Assembly: GCA_963814585.1 (NCBI GenBank)
Contig: CAWFDF010000016.1
Span: 1 to 64,000, forward strand
Direction of reading: 5' to 3'
Length of the DNA: 64,000 nucleotides
Source of the DNA: an uncultured delta proteobacterium
GTDB lineage: Bacteria; Myxococcota; Myxococcia; Myxococcales; Anaeromyxobacteraceae
Made by a program: the position numbers and the translations under genes. The notes beneath the pieces were generated by a model. It worked only from the letters and a program-made list of their open reading frames with translations. It did no database searches and was not told where the DNA came from. Positions 11,979-21,843 of this stretch are shown here, piece after piece; the first letter of the stretch is position 1, and the number at the start of each line of letters is the position of its first letter.

Positions 11979-14229
11979 ATGCACCTGCATCGCTCCGCCT
12001 TCGTCGTCCTCGTCGCCGTGCTCCTCGGTGCGCACCTGAGCGGCTGCGAGCGACCCAGGCAGCCGGCCGCCCCGCCGTCCCAGCCAGCACCGCAGGCCCA
12101 GGAGGCCCAGCCCGGCTCGCCGGCACCGGAGACGCCGGCGACCCTGCCGCTCCGCCCTCGCCCACCGCCCCGCCGGACCCGGGCCAGGCGATGGCGCCCG
12201 GCTCGTCACCTTCACCGGGGCAGGCCGCGCAGCCGCCCGCGACGCAGGCGGCCGAGGCCGGAGCGCCGGCGGGCGCGGTCCGCGAGGGCGCGCTGCCACG
12301 GCAGGTGCTGCCGCAGGCCCGGCTTCGGCGTGCTCCAGGTGCTGCTCCAGGGTGCTGCTGGCGGGCGCTGCCGCAGGGGCCGCCGCCGCGGTCGCCCCAG
12401 GCGAGCCGTCACCTACGGTCGTCCCACCCTCGCCAGCGCGGCCGGCGACCCCCGTGGCGCTGACGGTGAAGGCCCTGGGCGAGACCCGGGCGAACGTCAC
12501 CTGGGAGCCCGGATCCGGCGGGACCGAGGCGGCCCGCTTCGCGGTCTGGCGAGAGGCGGTGGTGCTGGGCACCACCTCCGAGCGCCAGCTCGTGGTCCAG
12601 GGCCTGGCCCCGACGGCCAGGTCCTGCTTCAGGGTGGTGGCCTTCGACGGCGCCGGTCGCCGGTCCGAGCCCTCGGAGCCGGTGTGCATCACGCCGCCGG
12701 ACCTCACCCCTCCGAGCGCCCCGGTGGTGCGGGCCAGCGCCCCGCGGCCCGGCGCCATCCAGCTCAACTGGGACGCCTCGTCCGACAACCTGGGCGTGGC
12801 CGCCTACGAGGTCCACCGCGGCGAGGCGTGTGGTGGGGAAGGCGGCCAGGCTGGAGCTCGTGGAGACGGGGCTGCCGCCTGGGCGCGAGCACTGCTACAC
12901 CGTCCGCGCCGTGGACGGCGCGGGCAACCCGTCGCGCCCGTCGGAGCCCGCCTGCGCCGTCACCCTCGACGTCACGCCGCCCGCGCCGCCACCCGCGGTC
13001 CGCGCCCAGCCCGTGAACGAGACGAGCATCACGCTGACCTGGGGGGTCCCCACCGACGACGTCGGCGTGGTGGGCTACGAGCTGTGGCGCGACGCCAACC
13101 TGGTGGCGAGGCCGGCCGGAACCACGGCCACCATCGACGGGTTCACCGCCGCCACCCGCGCCTGCTTCACCGTGGTCGCCCTGGACAAGGCCGGCAATCG
13201 CTCCGGGGCGAGCGCAGCCGGCCTGCGCCACCACCCTCGACCTGACGCCACCCACCGCGCCGCTGCAGCTCACCGCCCGCGCCGCGAGCGATCGCCGCAT
13301 CGAGCTCGCCTGGCAGCCGGCCAGCGACAACGTCGGGGTCACGGCCTACCAGGTGGTGCGGGGCGGAAAGGCCCTCGCCACCGTCCCGGAGCTGCAGTGG
13401 GCCGACGAGAAGGCCGCGCCCGCCGTCCGCGCCTGCTACGTGGTCCACGCCCTGGACGCCGCCGGCAACAGGTCGAAGCCGGGCAACGAGGCCTGCGCCA
13501 CGCCACCGGACCTGACGCCGCCCACCATCCCGGGCAGCCCGGCCGCCCGGGCGCTCTCCTTCGACACCGTCGTGCTCGGGTGGAACCCGTCCCGCGACGA
13601 CGTGGGCGTGACCGCCTACGAGGTGGTGCTCAAGGGTCGCAAGCCCTTCCGCGTGGCCAAGCCGCCGGCGACCGCCGCCGGGCTGGCGCCCGCGACCGAG
13701 TACTGCCTCCAGGTCCGTGCGCTTCGATGCCGCGGGCAACGGTTCGGAGCTGACCGGCCCGTCGTGCGCCACCACGGCGGTGGCCGGCGCACCCCGGGCC
13801 ATCGAGGACCTCCAGCCGATGGCCGACGGCGGGAGGCTCACCCTGCACTGGACCGCCTCGGGCACGCCCGGCGTGATCTACCTGGTCACGGTGGACGGCG
13901 GCGCCTCCCTCGGTGCGAGCGGCGAGCCGTCGTTCCGCGTGGTGGGGCTGAAGCCCGGGGAGCGCCGCTGCTTCCAGGTCACGGCCCAGGACCCGTCTGG
14001 ACGCGAGTCGCCGCGCTCGCAGGAGATCTGCGTCGCCGGTCCCGGAGGCGTGGCAGCCCCGGCTGGCGAGCCGATGATGAAGCGGACGTTCATGCAGGAG
14101 ATTCTTGCGCTGGACGTGCGCCCGTGCGCACCTGTTGCACCTCGGGTCGAAGGCGAGGACGGGCAAGCAGCCGTACCTCGGTCGGGTAGGCGGCGCACGG
14201 CTCCCGGCATGTGTTGTGCACAGGCCTAG
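11979..14229 (+). CDS. Fibronectin type III repeat lipoprotein (6 Fn3 repeats, Pro/Ala-rich N-terminal linker); multiple frameshifts, 3' end uncertain
   Basis: Lipobox LSGC; repeated D.TPP..P / W....D.VGV..Y / C..V.A.D.AGN.S units across frames. Confidence 0.75.
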
Positions 14230-14253
14230 GCCTCAACTCCTGGAGAGTCCTCG

Positions 14254-15843
14254 ATGATCCTGACAGTCCTGAGCCTGGTGCTCGCCCTCACGCCCCCCGA
14301 CGCCGTGGTCGCCCGTGTGAACGGCGAGGCCATCACGGCGGCGGTCGTCAGCGACCCGGGCCACCAGCACCCGCACCAGTCCCCAGGTGGCGGCCGACGA
14401 CCTGATCGCCGAGGTGCTCCTCGGCGCCGAGGGGGCGAAGCTGGGCGTGAAGGCGCCGGCGACGGCGGCCCCGGCCATCGACCTGGCCCGCCGGAACGCC
14501 GCCGTCGAGCGGTACCTCCAGGTCGTGGTCTACCCGGGCGTGCAGGTCCCCGAGGCCGACCTCCGCGAGCGCTTCCACCAGCGCGGCGACCAGGTCCGGC
14601 TGCTCCTGGTGGCCCGCCCCGACGAGGCGCAGGCCAGGGCCACCCTGGCGCGGATCGCCGCGGGCGCCAGCTTCGCGGACGAGGCCGCCACCTCGGTGGA
14701 CCCGACCTCCAAGGCGAAGAAGGGAGACCTCGGCTGGCTGCCGCGCTCGGCGCTCTCCGCGGCCCTGGCCAAGGAGGCCTTCGTCGCGCCGATCGGCAAG
14801 GTGCAGGGCCCGGTCCTCGCCGAGGGCGCCTGGAGCGTCTACCTGGTGCAGGACCGGCGCCTGCCGGACGAGGCGGCCTACGCCCTGGTGAAGGACCGGC
14901 TCCGCGCCGACCTCGAGCCCCAGGCTCGCTCCGCCGCCGCGGAGAAGCACCGGGCGAAGCTCGTCGCCGACCTCAAGGGCCGCGTGGACCAGAAGGCCTC
15001 GCCGCCACCGGTGACGGGCTCCAGGCCACGCCCGAGCAGTCCGCCAAGGTGGTGGCCAGCGCCGGCAGCGTCACCGTCACCTACGGCCAGGTGCTCAAGG
15101 AGCTGGGGGGCGGCCACGGCGGCGCCGGAGGATCCGGTCGCGCCTCGCCCGAGGTGAAGGCCACGCTCGCCCAGGACCTGCTCGGGCGGGCCGTGCTGGA
15201 GCAGGCCGCCATGAAGCGCTTCTCGAGGGACCCCGCGGTCCAGGCGGTTGCCGCCAGGGCCGAGCGCGCCGCCGTCGCCGCCGCCTACGCCGAGAAGCTG
15301 CGCCGCGAGGCCCCCGGGCCCAGCACGGCCGAGGTGGAGGGACGCTACGAGGCCCGCAAGCGCGACTTCATGACCCCCGGTGGGCGGCGCTGCTTCCAGC
15401 TGGTCGCGCCGACCGAGGCCGCCGTGAAGAAGCTGGCGGCCCGGGTCGCCGCCGGCGAGGACTTCGAGAAGGTGGCCGCCGACAGCTCGGATGGCCGGAG
15501 CGCCGCCAAGGGCGGCGAGGTCGGCTTCATCACCGACGACGAGATCGCGCGGGTCGAGCGGCCGGAGGGCGAGCCGGCGCTGGCCGCCGCGGTGGTGGGC
15601 ACCCCGGCCGGGCAGCTGAGCAAGCCCGTCAAGACCGCCGTTGGCTACCGGGTGGTGCGCTGCGAGCCCTACGTCCCGGCCAAGGGGGCCACGCTGGACG
15701 AGGTGCGCCACCGGATCACCATGGAGCTGAAGGGCGAACGCTCCGTCGCGGCGGTCCGGCAGAGGGCCGCGGCGCTGCGGGAGAAGGCCAGCGTCCAGGT
15801 CGAGGAGGCCGCGCTCGCCGCCATGCTCCCTCCCAAGAAGTGA
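14254..15843 (+). CDS. Parvulin/PpiC-type peptidyl-prolyl isomerase chaperone (two domains); frameshifted
   Basis: Signal peptide, VVARVNGEAIT, GASFADEA...S.DP.SK.K.GDLGW, second GEDFEKVAA..S....AKGGEVGF, SKPVKTAVGY. Confidence 0.8.
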   Translation: MILTVLSLVLALTPPDAVVARVNGEAITAAVVSDPGHQHPHQSPGGGRRPDRRGAPRRRGGEAGREGAGDGGPGHRPGPPERRRRAVPPGRGLPGRAGPRGRPPRALPPARRPGPAAPGGPPRRGAGQGHPGADRRGRQLRGRGRHLGGPDLQGEEGRPRLAAALGALRGPGQGGLRRADRQGAGPGPRRGRLERLPGAGPAPAGRGGLRPGEGPAPRRPRAPGSLRRRGEAPGEARRRPQGPRGPEGLAATGDGLQATPEQSAKVVASAGSVTVTYGQVLKELGGGHGGAGGSGRASPEVKATLAQDLLGRAVLEQAAMKRFSRDPAVQAVAARAERAAVAAAYAEKLRREAPGPSTAEVEGRYEARKRDFMTPGGRRCFQLVAPTEAAVKKLAARVAAGEDFEKVAADSSDGRSAAKGGEVGFITDDEIARVERPEGEPALAAAVVGTPAGQLSKPVKTAVGYRVVRCEPYVPAKGATLDEVRHRITMELKGERSVAAVRQRAAALREKASVQVEEAALAAMLPPKK

Positions 15844-15846
15844 TGC

Positions 15847-15882
15847 TGGGTGATTTCGCCCATGGTTGGGGGATTTACCGCT
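15847..15882. promoter_or_regulatory. Putative enhancer (bEBP-binding) sites TGGG-N8-CCCA, one full and one partial copy 20 bp apart
   Basis: TGGGTGATTTCGCCCA matches the reverse complement of 20355-20370 at 13/16 positions. Confidence 0.55.
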
Positions 15883-15933
15883 ATCCTCACCGTTGCCGGC
15901 CGGCCAACCACCTGATAGGGCTGGCCATGTCGG

Positions 15934-15949
15934 TGGCACCACGAATGCT
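15934..15949 (+). promoter_or_regulatory. sigma54 (-24/-12) promoter
   Basis: TGGCACCACGAATGCT with canonical GG-N10-GC spacing, upstream of the giant cytochrome gene. Confidence 0.7.
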
Positions 15950-16094
15950 GTGAAGCGAACGGCTCCATCCTTCTCCGACCCCGCCGGCGGCTCTCCCCCC
16001 CGGGAGCCGCGCCCGCGGCCGCGAGCACCAGGACCCGAGGAACGAATGCTCGACCGCTCTCCATCGATCGCTCCACGCTGGCCCGAAGCCCGGC

Positions 16095-19000
16095 GTGCGC
16101 GGACCCCACGGCGCCACGCTCCTCCCGCTGGCAATCCTCGCCGCGGCCGCGCTGGCCATGGGCGGGTGCTCCACGGGCGCCGGTGCCCGCGGCGGCAGCG
16201 CCGGCGGGAGCGGGCGGAAGGTCGCCGCCAAGGAGTGCGTGGCCTGCCACGCGGCGACGCTGAAGCAGCAGGAGCGGAAGCTCACCCACAAGCCCTTCGC
16301 GGACGCCAAGGGGTGCGAGTCCTGCCACCGCCGCCACGGCATCGTCGGCGTCAACGTGCTCCAGAAGGAGGAGCCGGAGCTCTGCTTCGGCTGCCACGAG
16401 AAGCAGAAGAAGGAGTTCGGGCAGGGCGTGGTGCACGAGGCCATCCGGGGTACCGGCAAGGCCAAGTGCACCTCGTGCCACGCGGCCCACTCCTCCGACC
16501 TGCCGAACCTGATGCGGGTCTCCACCAACGAGGCCTGCGCCACCTGTCACAAGAAGGCGCAGCTGCAGGGGGCCAGGGTCCACGCGCCCGCCGCCAAGGA
16601 CTGCGGGACCTGCCACATCCCGCACGCCAGCCCCCAGAAGCAGCTCCTGGTGAAGGAGGAGAAGGCGCTCTGCGGCGGCTGCCACGAGGCGGGCGACGCC
16701 AGGATGAAGAAGGCGCACGGCGGCCTCCCGGTCTCCGGCGCCAGCTGCGTCCAGTGCCACTCCCCGCACTCCGCCGCCGCCGCCGGCGGTCTGCACCCGA
16801 GCGTCCACGCGGTCGGGTCGGACTGCGCCGAGTGCCACGCGGCCGGCTCGGACAAGGCCAAGCCCTTCGCCGTCAAGAAGGCGGCGCCGGAGCTCTGCTT
16901 CGGCTGCCACGACACCCAGCAGGCCGACCTCAAGAAGAAGGTGGTCCACCCGCCTGCCGAGGGCTGCACCGACTGTCACTCGCCCCACGCCGCCAAGGGG
17001 CCCAAGCTCCTCGTCCAGGGCGTCCGCGAGACCTGCGCCGGGTGCCACGAGCCATCGCCGCGAAGCTGGCGACCAGGCCCCACGCGCCGGCCCGCGACGG
17101 GAAGTGCGCCGCCTGCCACGCGCCGCACGGCTCGGACAACAAGCGGCTCCTCGTCGCCACCGGCCCGGCGCTCTGCACCGGCTGCCACACGGCAGCCGCC
17201 GAGTGGCTCAAGGCCAAGGTGGTCCACGCCCCGGCGCGCTCCGGCGACTGCGGCGGTTGCCACGACCCGCACGGCTCGCCCAACGCCAAGCTGCTGGTCA
17301 AGGGGGCTGGCGAGCTCTGCTACGGCTGCCACCAGAAGCAGAAGGAGGCCTTCACCGGCGACAACGTCCACCGCCCGGTCCGCGAGGGCCAGTGCGCCGC
17401 ATGCCACCAGCCGCACGGCTCGGCGCAGGCCAAGCTCCTCAACGTCCCGGCGGCGCGGCTCTGCGACACCTGCCACGCCTTCGACAAGCGCTACGAGAAG
17501 ACCAAGCTCCACGCCCCGCTCGCCAGCGGCGGCTGCGCCGCCTGCCACGACCCCCACGTGGCCGGGCAGCCCAAGCTCCTCAAGTCCCCGGTCGCCAGCC
17601 TCTGCGCCGGGTGCCACGAGAAGGTGCCCAAGGCGCTCGACGCCAAGGGGGTCGTCTCCTCGCACCGGCCGGTCCGCAACGGCGAGTGCACCGCCTGCCA
17701 CGAGCCGCACGGCTCGAAGGACAAGGCCTTCCTCAAGAAGGGGCAGCTCGAGGTCTGCGGCGACTGCCACGGCGAGCTGGTGAAGCGGCTGGCGCGCCGG
17801 GACGCCCCCAGCCACGCCCCGGCCCGGGACGGCGACTGCGGTGCCTGCCACGCCGGTCACGCCTCGGCCCAGCCCTCGCTGCTGCTGAAGGCCGGGAAGC
17901 AGCTCTGCCTCGAGTGCCACGACGCCAAGGACGCGGCGCTGGTCAAGACCCACTCCGGCTACGACATCGACGGGAGCTCCTGCCTCGGCTGCCACGATCC
18001 CCACTACGGCGACCGGAAGGGGCTGATCCGCCGCGTCGGCCACTCGCCCTTCGTCAACCGGGACTGTGGCTCCTGCCACGTCGAGCCCAAGCCCGGCGGC
18101 AGCGAGCCGAAGACCGTGGCCTCCGGCCGCGCGCTCTGCGAGGTCTGCCACGGCGACACCCGCACCAGCTTCGCCAAGAAGTTCGTCCACACCGCCGTGA
18201 AGCAGGAGCGCTGCGGTGCCTGCCACGCCCCGCACGCCTCCTCCTCCGACAAGCTCCTCTCCAGGACCGGCGGGGCCCTCTGCTACACCTGCCACGACCC
18301 CAAGGCCTTCCAGAAGAAGGAGATGCACGCCCCGGTCAAGGCCGGGGAGTGCCTCAAGTGCCACGATCCGCACGCCTCCGACGCCAAGGGCGTGCTGGTC
18401 AGGACCGGCAACGAGCTCTGCCTGGGCTGCCACGCCGAGCAGAAGCGCGAGCTGGCGTCGAAGCACGTCCACGCCGCCGTCACCGGCGGGGCCTGCACCG
18501 ACTGCCACGACCCGCACGGCTCTCCGTACCCGGCCATGCTGGTCTCGTCGCGCGAGAAGCTCTGCCTCAAGTGCCACGACACCAAGGCCCCGGCCATCCA
18601 GGCGGCGCACCAGCGCTTCCCCCTGGCCGGGGTGGACTGCGCCTCCTGCCACAACCCGCACGGCTCCAGCCAGGCCGGGCTGATCCGCTCCAACAAGCAC
18701 CAGGTGTTCGGCGCCTGCGCCCGCTGCCACGCCACCACCGGCGCCAAGCCCCAGGCGCTCCTGGCCCAGAGCCCCGCGCTCTGCTTCCGCTGCCACGGCG
18801 ACAAGAAGACCGAGGTCTCCGCCAAGACCGGCGTGCACGCCGCCGCCCAGGGCGACTGCACCGACTGCCACACGCCCCACGCCTCCAACGAGAAGGGGCT
18901 GGTCAAGGGCAACAAGGAGCGGGCCGTCTGCCTCGGCTGCCACGATGGGATCAAGGGCGACCTGGAGCGGTCCAGGTCGATCCACCCGGTCAAGGCCGCC

Positions 19001-19318
19001 GGCGGCCGCTGCACCGCCTGCCACCGCCCCCACTCCTCGAGCCAGGTCCGCCTGCTCAGCCAGCCCGCCGGCGAGCTCTGCCAGACCTGCCACAAGACGC
19101 ACGCCCAGTTCACCCACCCCATCGGCAAGGGCGTGACCGACCCGAACACCGGCAAGGACATGAACTGCCTCTCCTGCCACGGTCCCCACGGGACCGGCCA
19201 GGATCACATCCTGCTCGGCAACCCGGCCCGCGGGCTCTGCATCCGCTGCCACGACGCCGACTCCGAGGACATGAAGGGGATGCGCAAGCCGAAGCCCGCA
19301 GGGCCCGCGGGAGGCTAG
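16095..19318 (+). CDS. Giant multiheme c-type cytochrome lipoprotein, about 42 CxxCH motifs (paired-CxxCH repeats), about 1070 aa; 1-nt deletion near 17051
   Basis: Lipobox AMGGC; 12 CxxCH in frame 16095 and 30 in frame 15866 after the frameshift (counted by hand). Confidence 0.88.
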
Positions 19319-19320
19319 GC

Positions 19321-20307
19321 GTGCGGCTCGGCGCGGTCGGCTCCGTCGGCCTCCTCCTGGCGGCGCTGGCGGCGCCCGGCCGCGCCAGCGACCTGGAGGC
19401 CGGCTCGCCGCTGGCGGTGGAGGAGCTGGCCCCGGTCGCCATCACCTACGGCCACTTCTACGAGGGCGCCTTCCAGGGGCCGACCGGGGTGACCTGCGAC
19501 GCCCGCAGCGGCGAGATGTACGTGGCCGACGCGGGCCGCGGGCTGATCGGCATCTTCGATCGGAAGGGCGCCCCGCTCTTCACCTTCGGCGACCCCGGCC
19601 GGCTCCGGGTCCCGGTCAAGGCCGTGGTCGATGGCCAGGGCCGGATCGTCGTCCTCGACTCCGCCGACCGGCGGCGGCTGCGGCTCTACAGCTACCGCGG
19701 CGAGTTCCGCACCTTCCTGGCGCTGGAGGGGCTGGACGCCAAGCCCAACCTCGCCATCACGGCCATCGCCGTCGACGCCCTGGGGAACCTGCTGGTCGGC
19801 GACTCGGGCCACGGCGAGGTGCTGGTGTTCGACCCGAAGGGGCGGCTCCTGTTCCGCTTCGGCAACAAGGGCAAGGGTCCGAACGAGTTCGACTCGATCA
19901 TGGGGATCGCCGCCACCGCCGACCGGATCTTCGTCTCGGACAGCGCCGGGATCGGCGTCCAGGTCTTCGACCGGCGCGGCCGCTACCTGCGGGGCTGGGG
20001 GCGCCACGAGGCCGGGCGGGAGAACGTCTCCTTCCCGCACGGCATCAGCGTGGACGGGAAGGGCCGGATCGCGCTGGTGGACTCGCTGCGCCACGAGATC
20101 AAGCTCTACGCGCCGGACGGCAAGATGATCGGCCAGTACGGCGGCGCCGGCCAGCGCCCGGGCGAGGTCCTCTACCCGGCCGACGCCTCCTTCGACGGCG
20201 AGGGCCGGCTCTGCCTGGCGGACCGCGGCAACGACCGCGTGCAGGTCCTCCAGCCGCGCGAGCCGCCGCCGCCCAGGCCGGAGCCGGAACCGAAGCCGGC
20301 GCCGTGA
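19321..20307 (+). CDS. Secreted NHL-repeat beta-propeller protein (OscD-like)
   Basis: Signal peptide; repeats P.GV..D..G.MYVAD, FG.KG.GP.EF..I.GIA, FPHGISVD, YPAD..FD..G.L.LAD.GN.RVQV. Confidence 0.88.
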   Translation: MRLGAVGSVGLLLAALAAPGRASDLEAGSPLAVEELAPVAITYGHFYEGAFQGPTGVTCDARSGEMYVADAGRGLIGIFDRKGAPLFTFGDPGRLRVPVKAVVDGQGRIVVLDSADRRRLRLYSYRGEFRTFLALEGLDAKPNLAITAIAVDALGNLLVGDSGHGEVLVFDPKGRLLFRFGNKGKGPNEFDSIMGIAATADRIFVSDSAGIGVQVFDRRGRYLRGWGRHEAGRENVSFPHGISVDGKGRIALVDSLRHEIKLYAPDGKMIGQYGGAGQRPGEVLYPADASFDGEGRLCLADRGNDRVQVLQPREPPPPRPEPEPKPAP

Positions 20308-20354
20308 TCCACGGCGGGCCCCTGGATCGGGGCGCCTCAAGTCAATTTTCCTGC

Positions 20355-20423
20355 TGGGCCAAAACACCCGGTGCTGGGGCACAAGACCCGCCCGGTGGCC
20401 AGCCCGGTGGGCCAAAGCACCCG
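20355..20423. promoter_or_regulatory. Three putative enhancer sites TGGG-N8-CCCG
   Basis: 20355 TGGGCCAAAACACCCG, 20375 TGGGGCACAAGACCCG, 20408 TGGGCCAAAGCACCCG, about 70-140 bp upstream of a sigma54 promoter. Confidence 0.6.
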
Positions 20424-20494
20424 AAGCCCTGCCGGTGTGCGGATCTGTCGTCGGATTTCTCCAGCGATTCCAGGTGGGTCCGGGTCGGTCCGGT

Positions 20495-20510
20495 TGGCAC
20501 TCCCGATGCT
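20495..20510 (+). promoter_or_regulatory. sigma54 (-24/-12) promoter
   Basis: TGGCACTCCCGATGCT with canonical spacing, 130 nt upstream of the OmcS-like gene. Confidence 0.72.
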
Positions 20511-20641
20511 AAGGACCCACATCACGAACTCACCAGATGGTCGACGTGGACCGGCGGAGCTCGCCGGGCAGCAAGCAGGCAGGGGAAGTCCGTCGCAGCC
20601 AATCGCGCAGTGAACCAGACGCCAACCGGAGTCCAACCACC

Positions 20642-21769
20642 ATGAAGAAGCTCACCTTCATCGCCCTCGCCGCCTTCGCCAGCACGGCGCTCGCCGGCGA
20701 GTTCCACACCTACACCACCCTGGTGTGCAGCGACTGCCACACCATGCACGCCAGCCGGACCCACAGCTTCGGGACCGACGCCCTCAACGCCAACGACACC
20801 GTCGTCTTCGGCGGCGGCGACACCGGCGGCCACGAGGCCCTCCTGCTCGGCGCCGACGTCAACAAGACCTGCCTGACCTGCCACGACGGCGCGCGCGGCC
20901 CGGACGTCTACGGCCTGAACGCCGGCCTCTTCTCCCCGAACAGCCGCTCCGCCGGCGCCCTGAACTCCGCCACCGGGTACATGGCCCAGCAGGACGGCTA
21001 CATGCCGTACATGGGCCACTCGCTCGGCTCGACCGCGATGCCCCCCGGCTACATCGCCGCCAACTGGAGCGCCACCTCCCAGTACCCGGCCGACCTGCAG
21101 TGCGTCCGCTGCCACACGGCCCACGGCCGCGGCACCTTCCGCAACCTGCGCGACCGCGGCTCCGACGCCGCCGTCCGCGAGCCCAGCTACGTGGTCCTGC
21201 CCGCCGGCCAGCTGACCCTCAACTACGGCTACGACGTCAACATGTTCGGCAACGACTACAGCTCCGACAGCATCTTCTACACGTCGGCGACCGGCTCGAC
21301 GCTCGGCCTGAACAAGATGACCGCCTTCTGCGGCATGTGCCACGGCAACTACCACGACGACGCCGTCGGCGGCGTCGCCCCGGACGACTACTTCAAGCGT
21401 CACCCGACCGACCAGGTCACCCTCACCCCGCGCCAGCTCTTCACGGCCGAGGCTGTCGAGGCCACCAACGTGTCGGTCAAGCTGACCTACATCTCGGGTG
21501 CGGGCGTCACCCGCGGCGCCGAGGCCGGCACCATCAACTTCCAGGCTGATCCCACCGCGACGGCGACCGTCGGCTGCCTCACCTGCCACAAGGCCCACGG
21601 CAACCTGAACTCCTTCGGCCTGTTCTTCCCCGGCAACTCGGTCGGCCCGACGGGCACCGAGGTCCACATCGACGGCAACCACGAGCAGGGCCCGGGCAAC
21701 TCGATCCGGAACCTCTGCAACACCTGCCACGGCCAGGGCCGCACGCCCGTGACGATCGTCATCCCGTAA
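20642..21769 (+). CDS. omcS: OmcS-family hexaheme c-type cytochrome (putative nanowire subunit)
   Basis: Sec signal then FH..., CSDCHTMH, CLTCH, GH, YPADLQCVRCHTAHG, MTAFCGMCHGNYH, RHP, VGCLTCHKAHG, RNLCNTCH; same order and flanks as G. sulfurreducens OmcS as recalled; orthology not proven. Confidence 0.75.
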   Translation: MKKLTFIALAAFASTALAGEFHTYTTLVCSDCHTMHASRTHSFGTDALNANDTVVFGGGDTGGHEALLLGADVNKTCLTCHDGARGPDVYGLNAGLFSPNSRSAGALNSATGYMAQQDGYMPYMGHSLGSTAMPPGYIAANWSATSQYPADLQCVRCHTAHGRGTFRNLRDRGSDAAVREPSYVVLPAGQLTLNYGYDVNMFGNDYSSDSIFYTSATGSTLGLNKMTAFCGMCHGNYHDDAVGGVAPDDYFKRHPTDQVTLTPRQLFTAEAVEATNVSVKLTYISGAGVTRGAEAGTINFQADPTATATVGCLTCHKAHGNLNSFGLFFPGNSVGPTGTEVHIDGNHEQGPGNSIRNLCNTCHGQGRTPVTIVIP

Positions 21770-21785
21770 CCAGCTGAGCAGCCCG

Positions 21786-21815
21786 GCGTGGGGAGGGCGA
21801 GAGCCCTCCCCACGC
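21786..21815 (+). terminator. Perfect 13-bp GC hairpin (terminator or mRNA stabiliser) after the OmcS-like gene
   Basis: GCGTGGGGAGGGC-GAGA-GCCCTCCCCACGC, GNRA loop, weak U tail. Confidence 0.65.
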
Positions 21816-21843
21816 TGCATTTCGTGGCATACTGCGAGGCGAC

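Noticed and set aside
16095..19318. Recurrent TGCCAC nucleotide repeats as a CRISPR or repeat array
   Set aside because: They are the codons for Cys-His in heme motifs
20510..20641. Cyclic-dinucleotide (GEMM-I) riboswitch in the OmcS-like leader, as in Geobacter omcS
   Set aside because: I could not find the GEMM-I GAAA tetraloop/receptor or GCAAA/CTAA core; an Rfam scan would settle it
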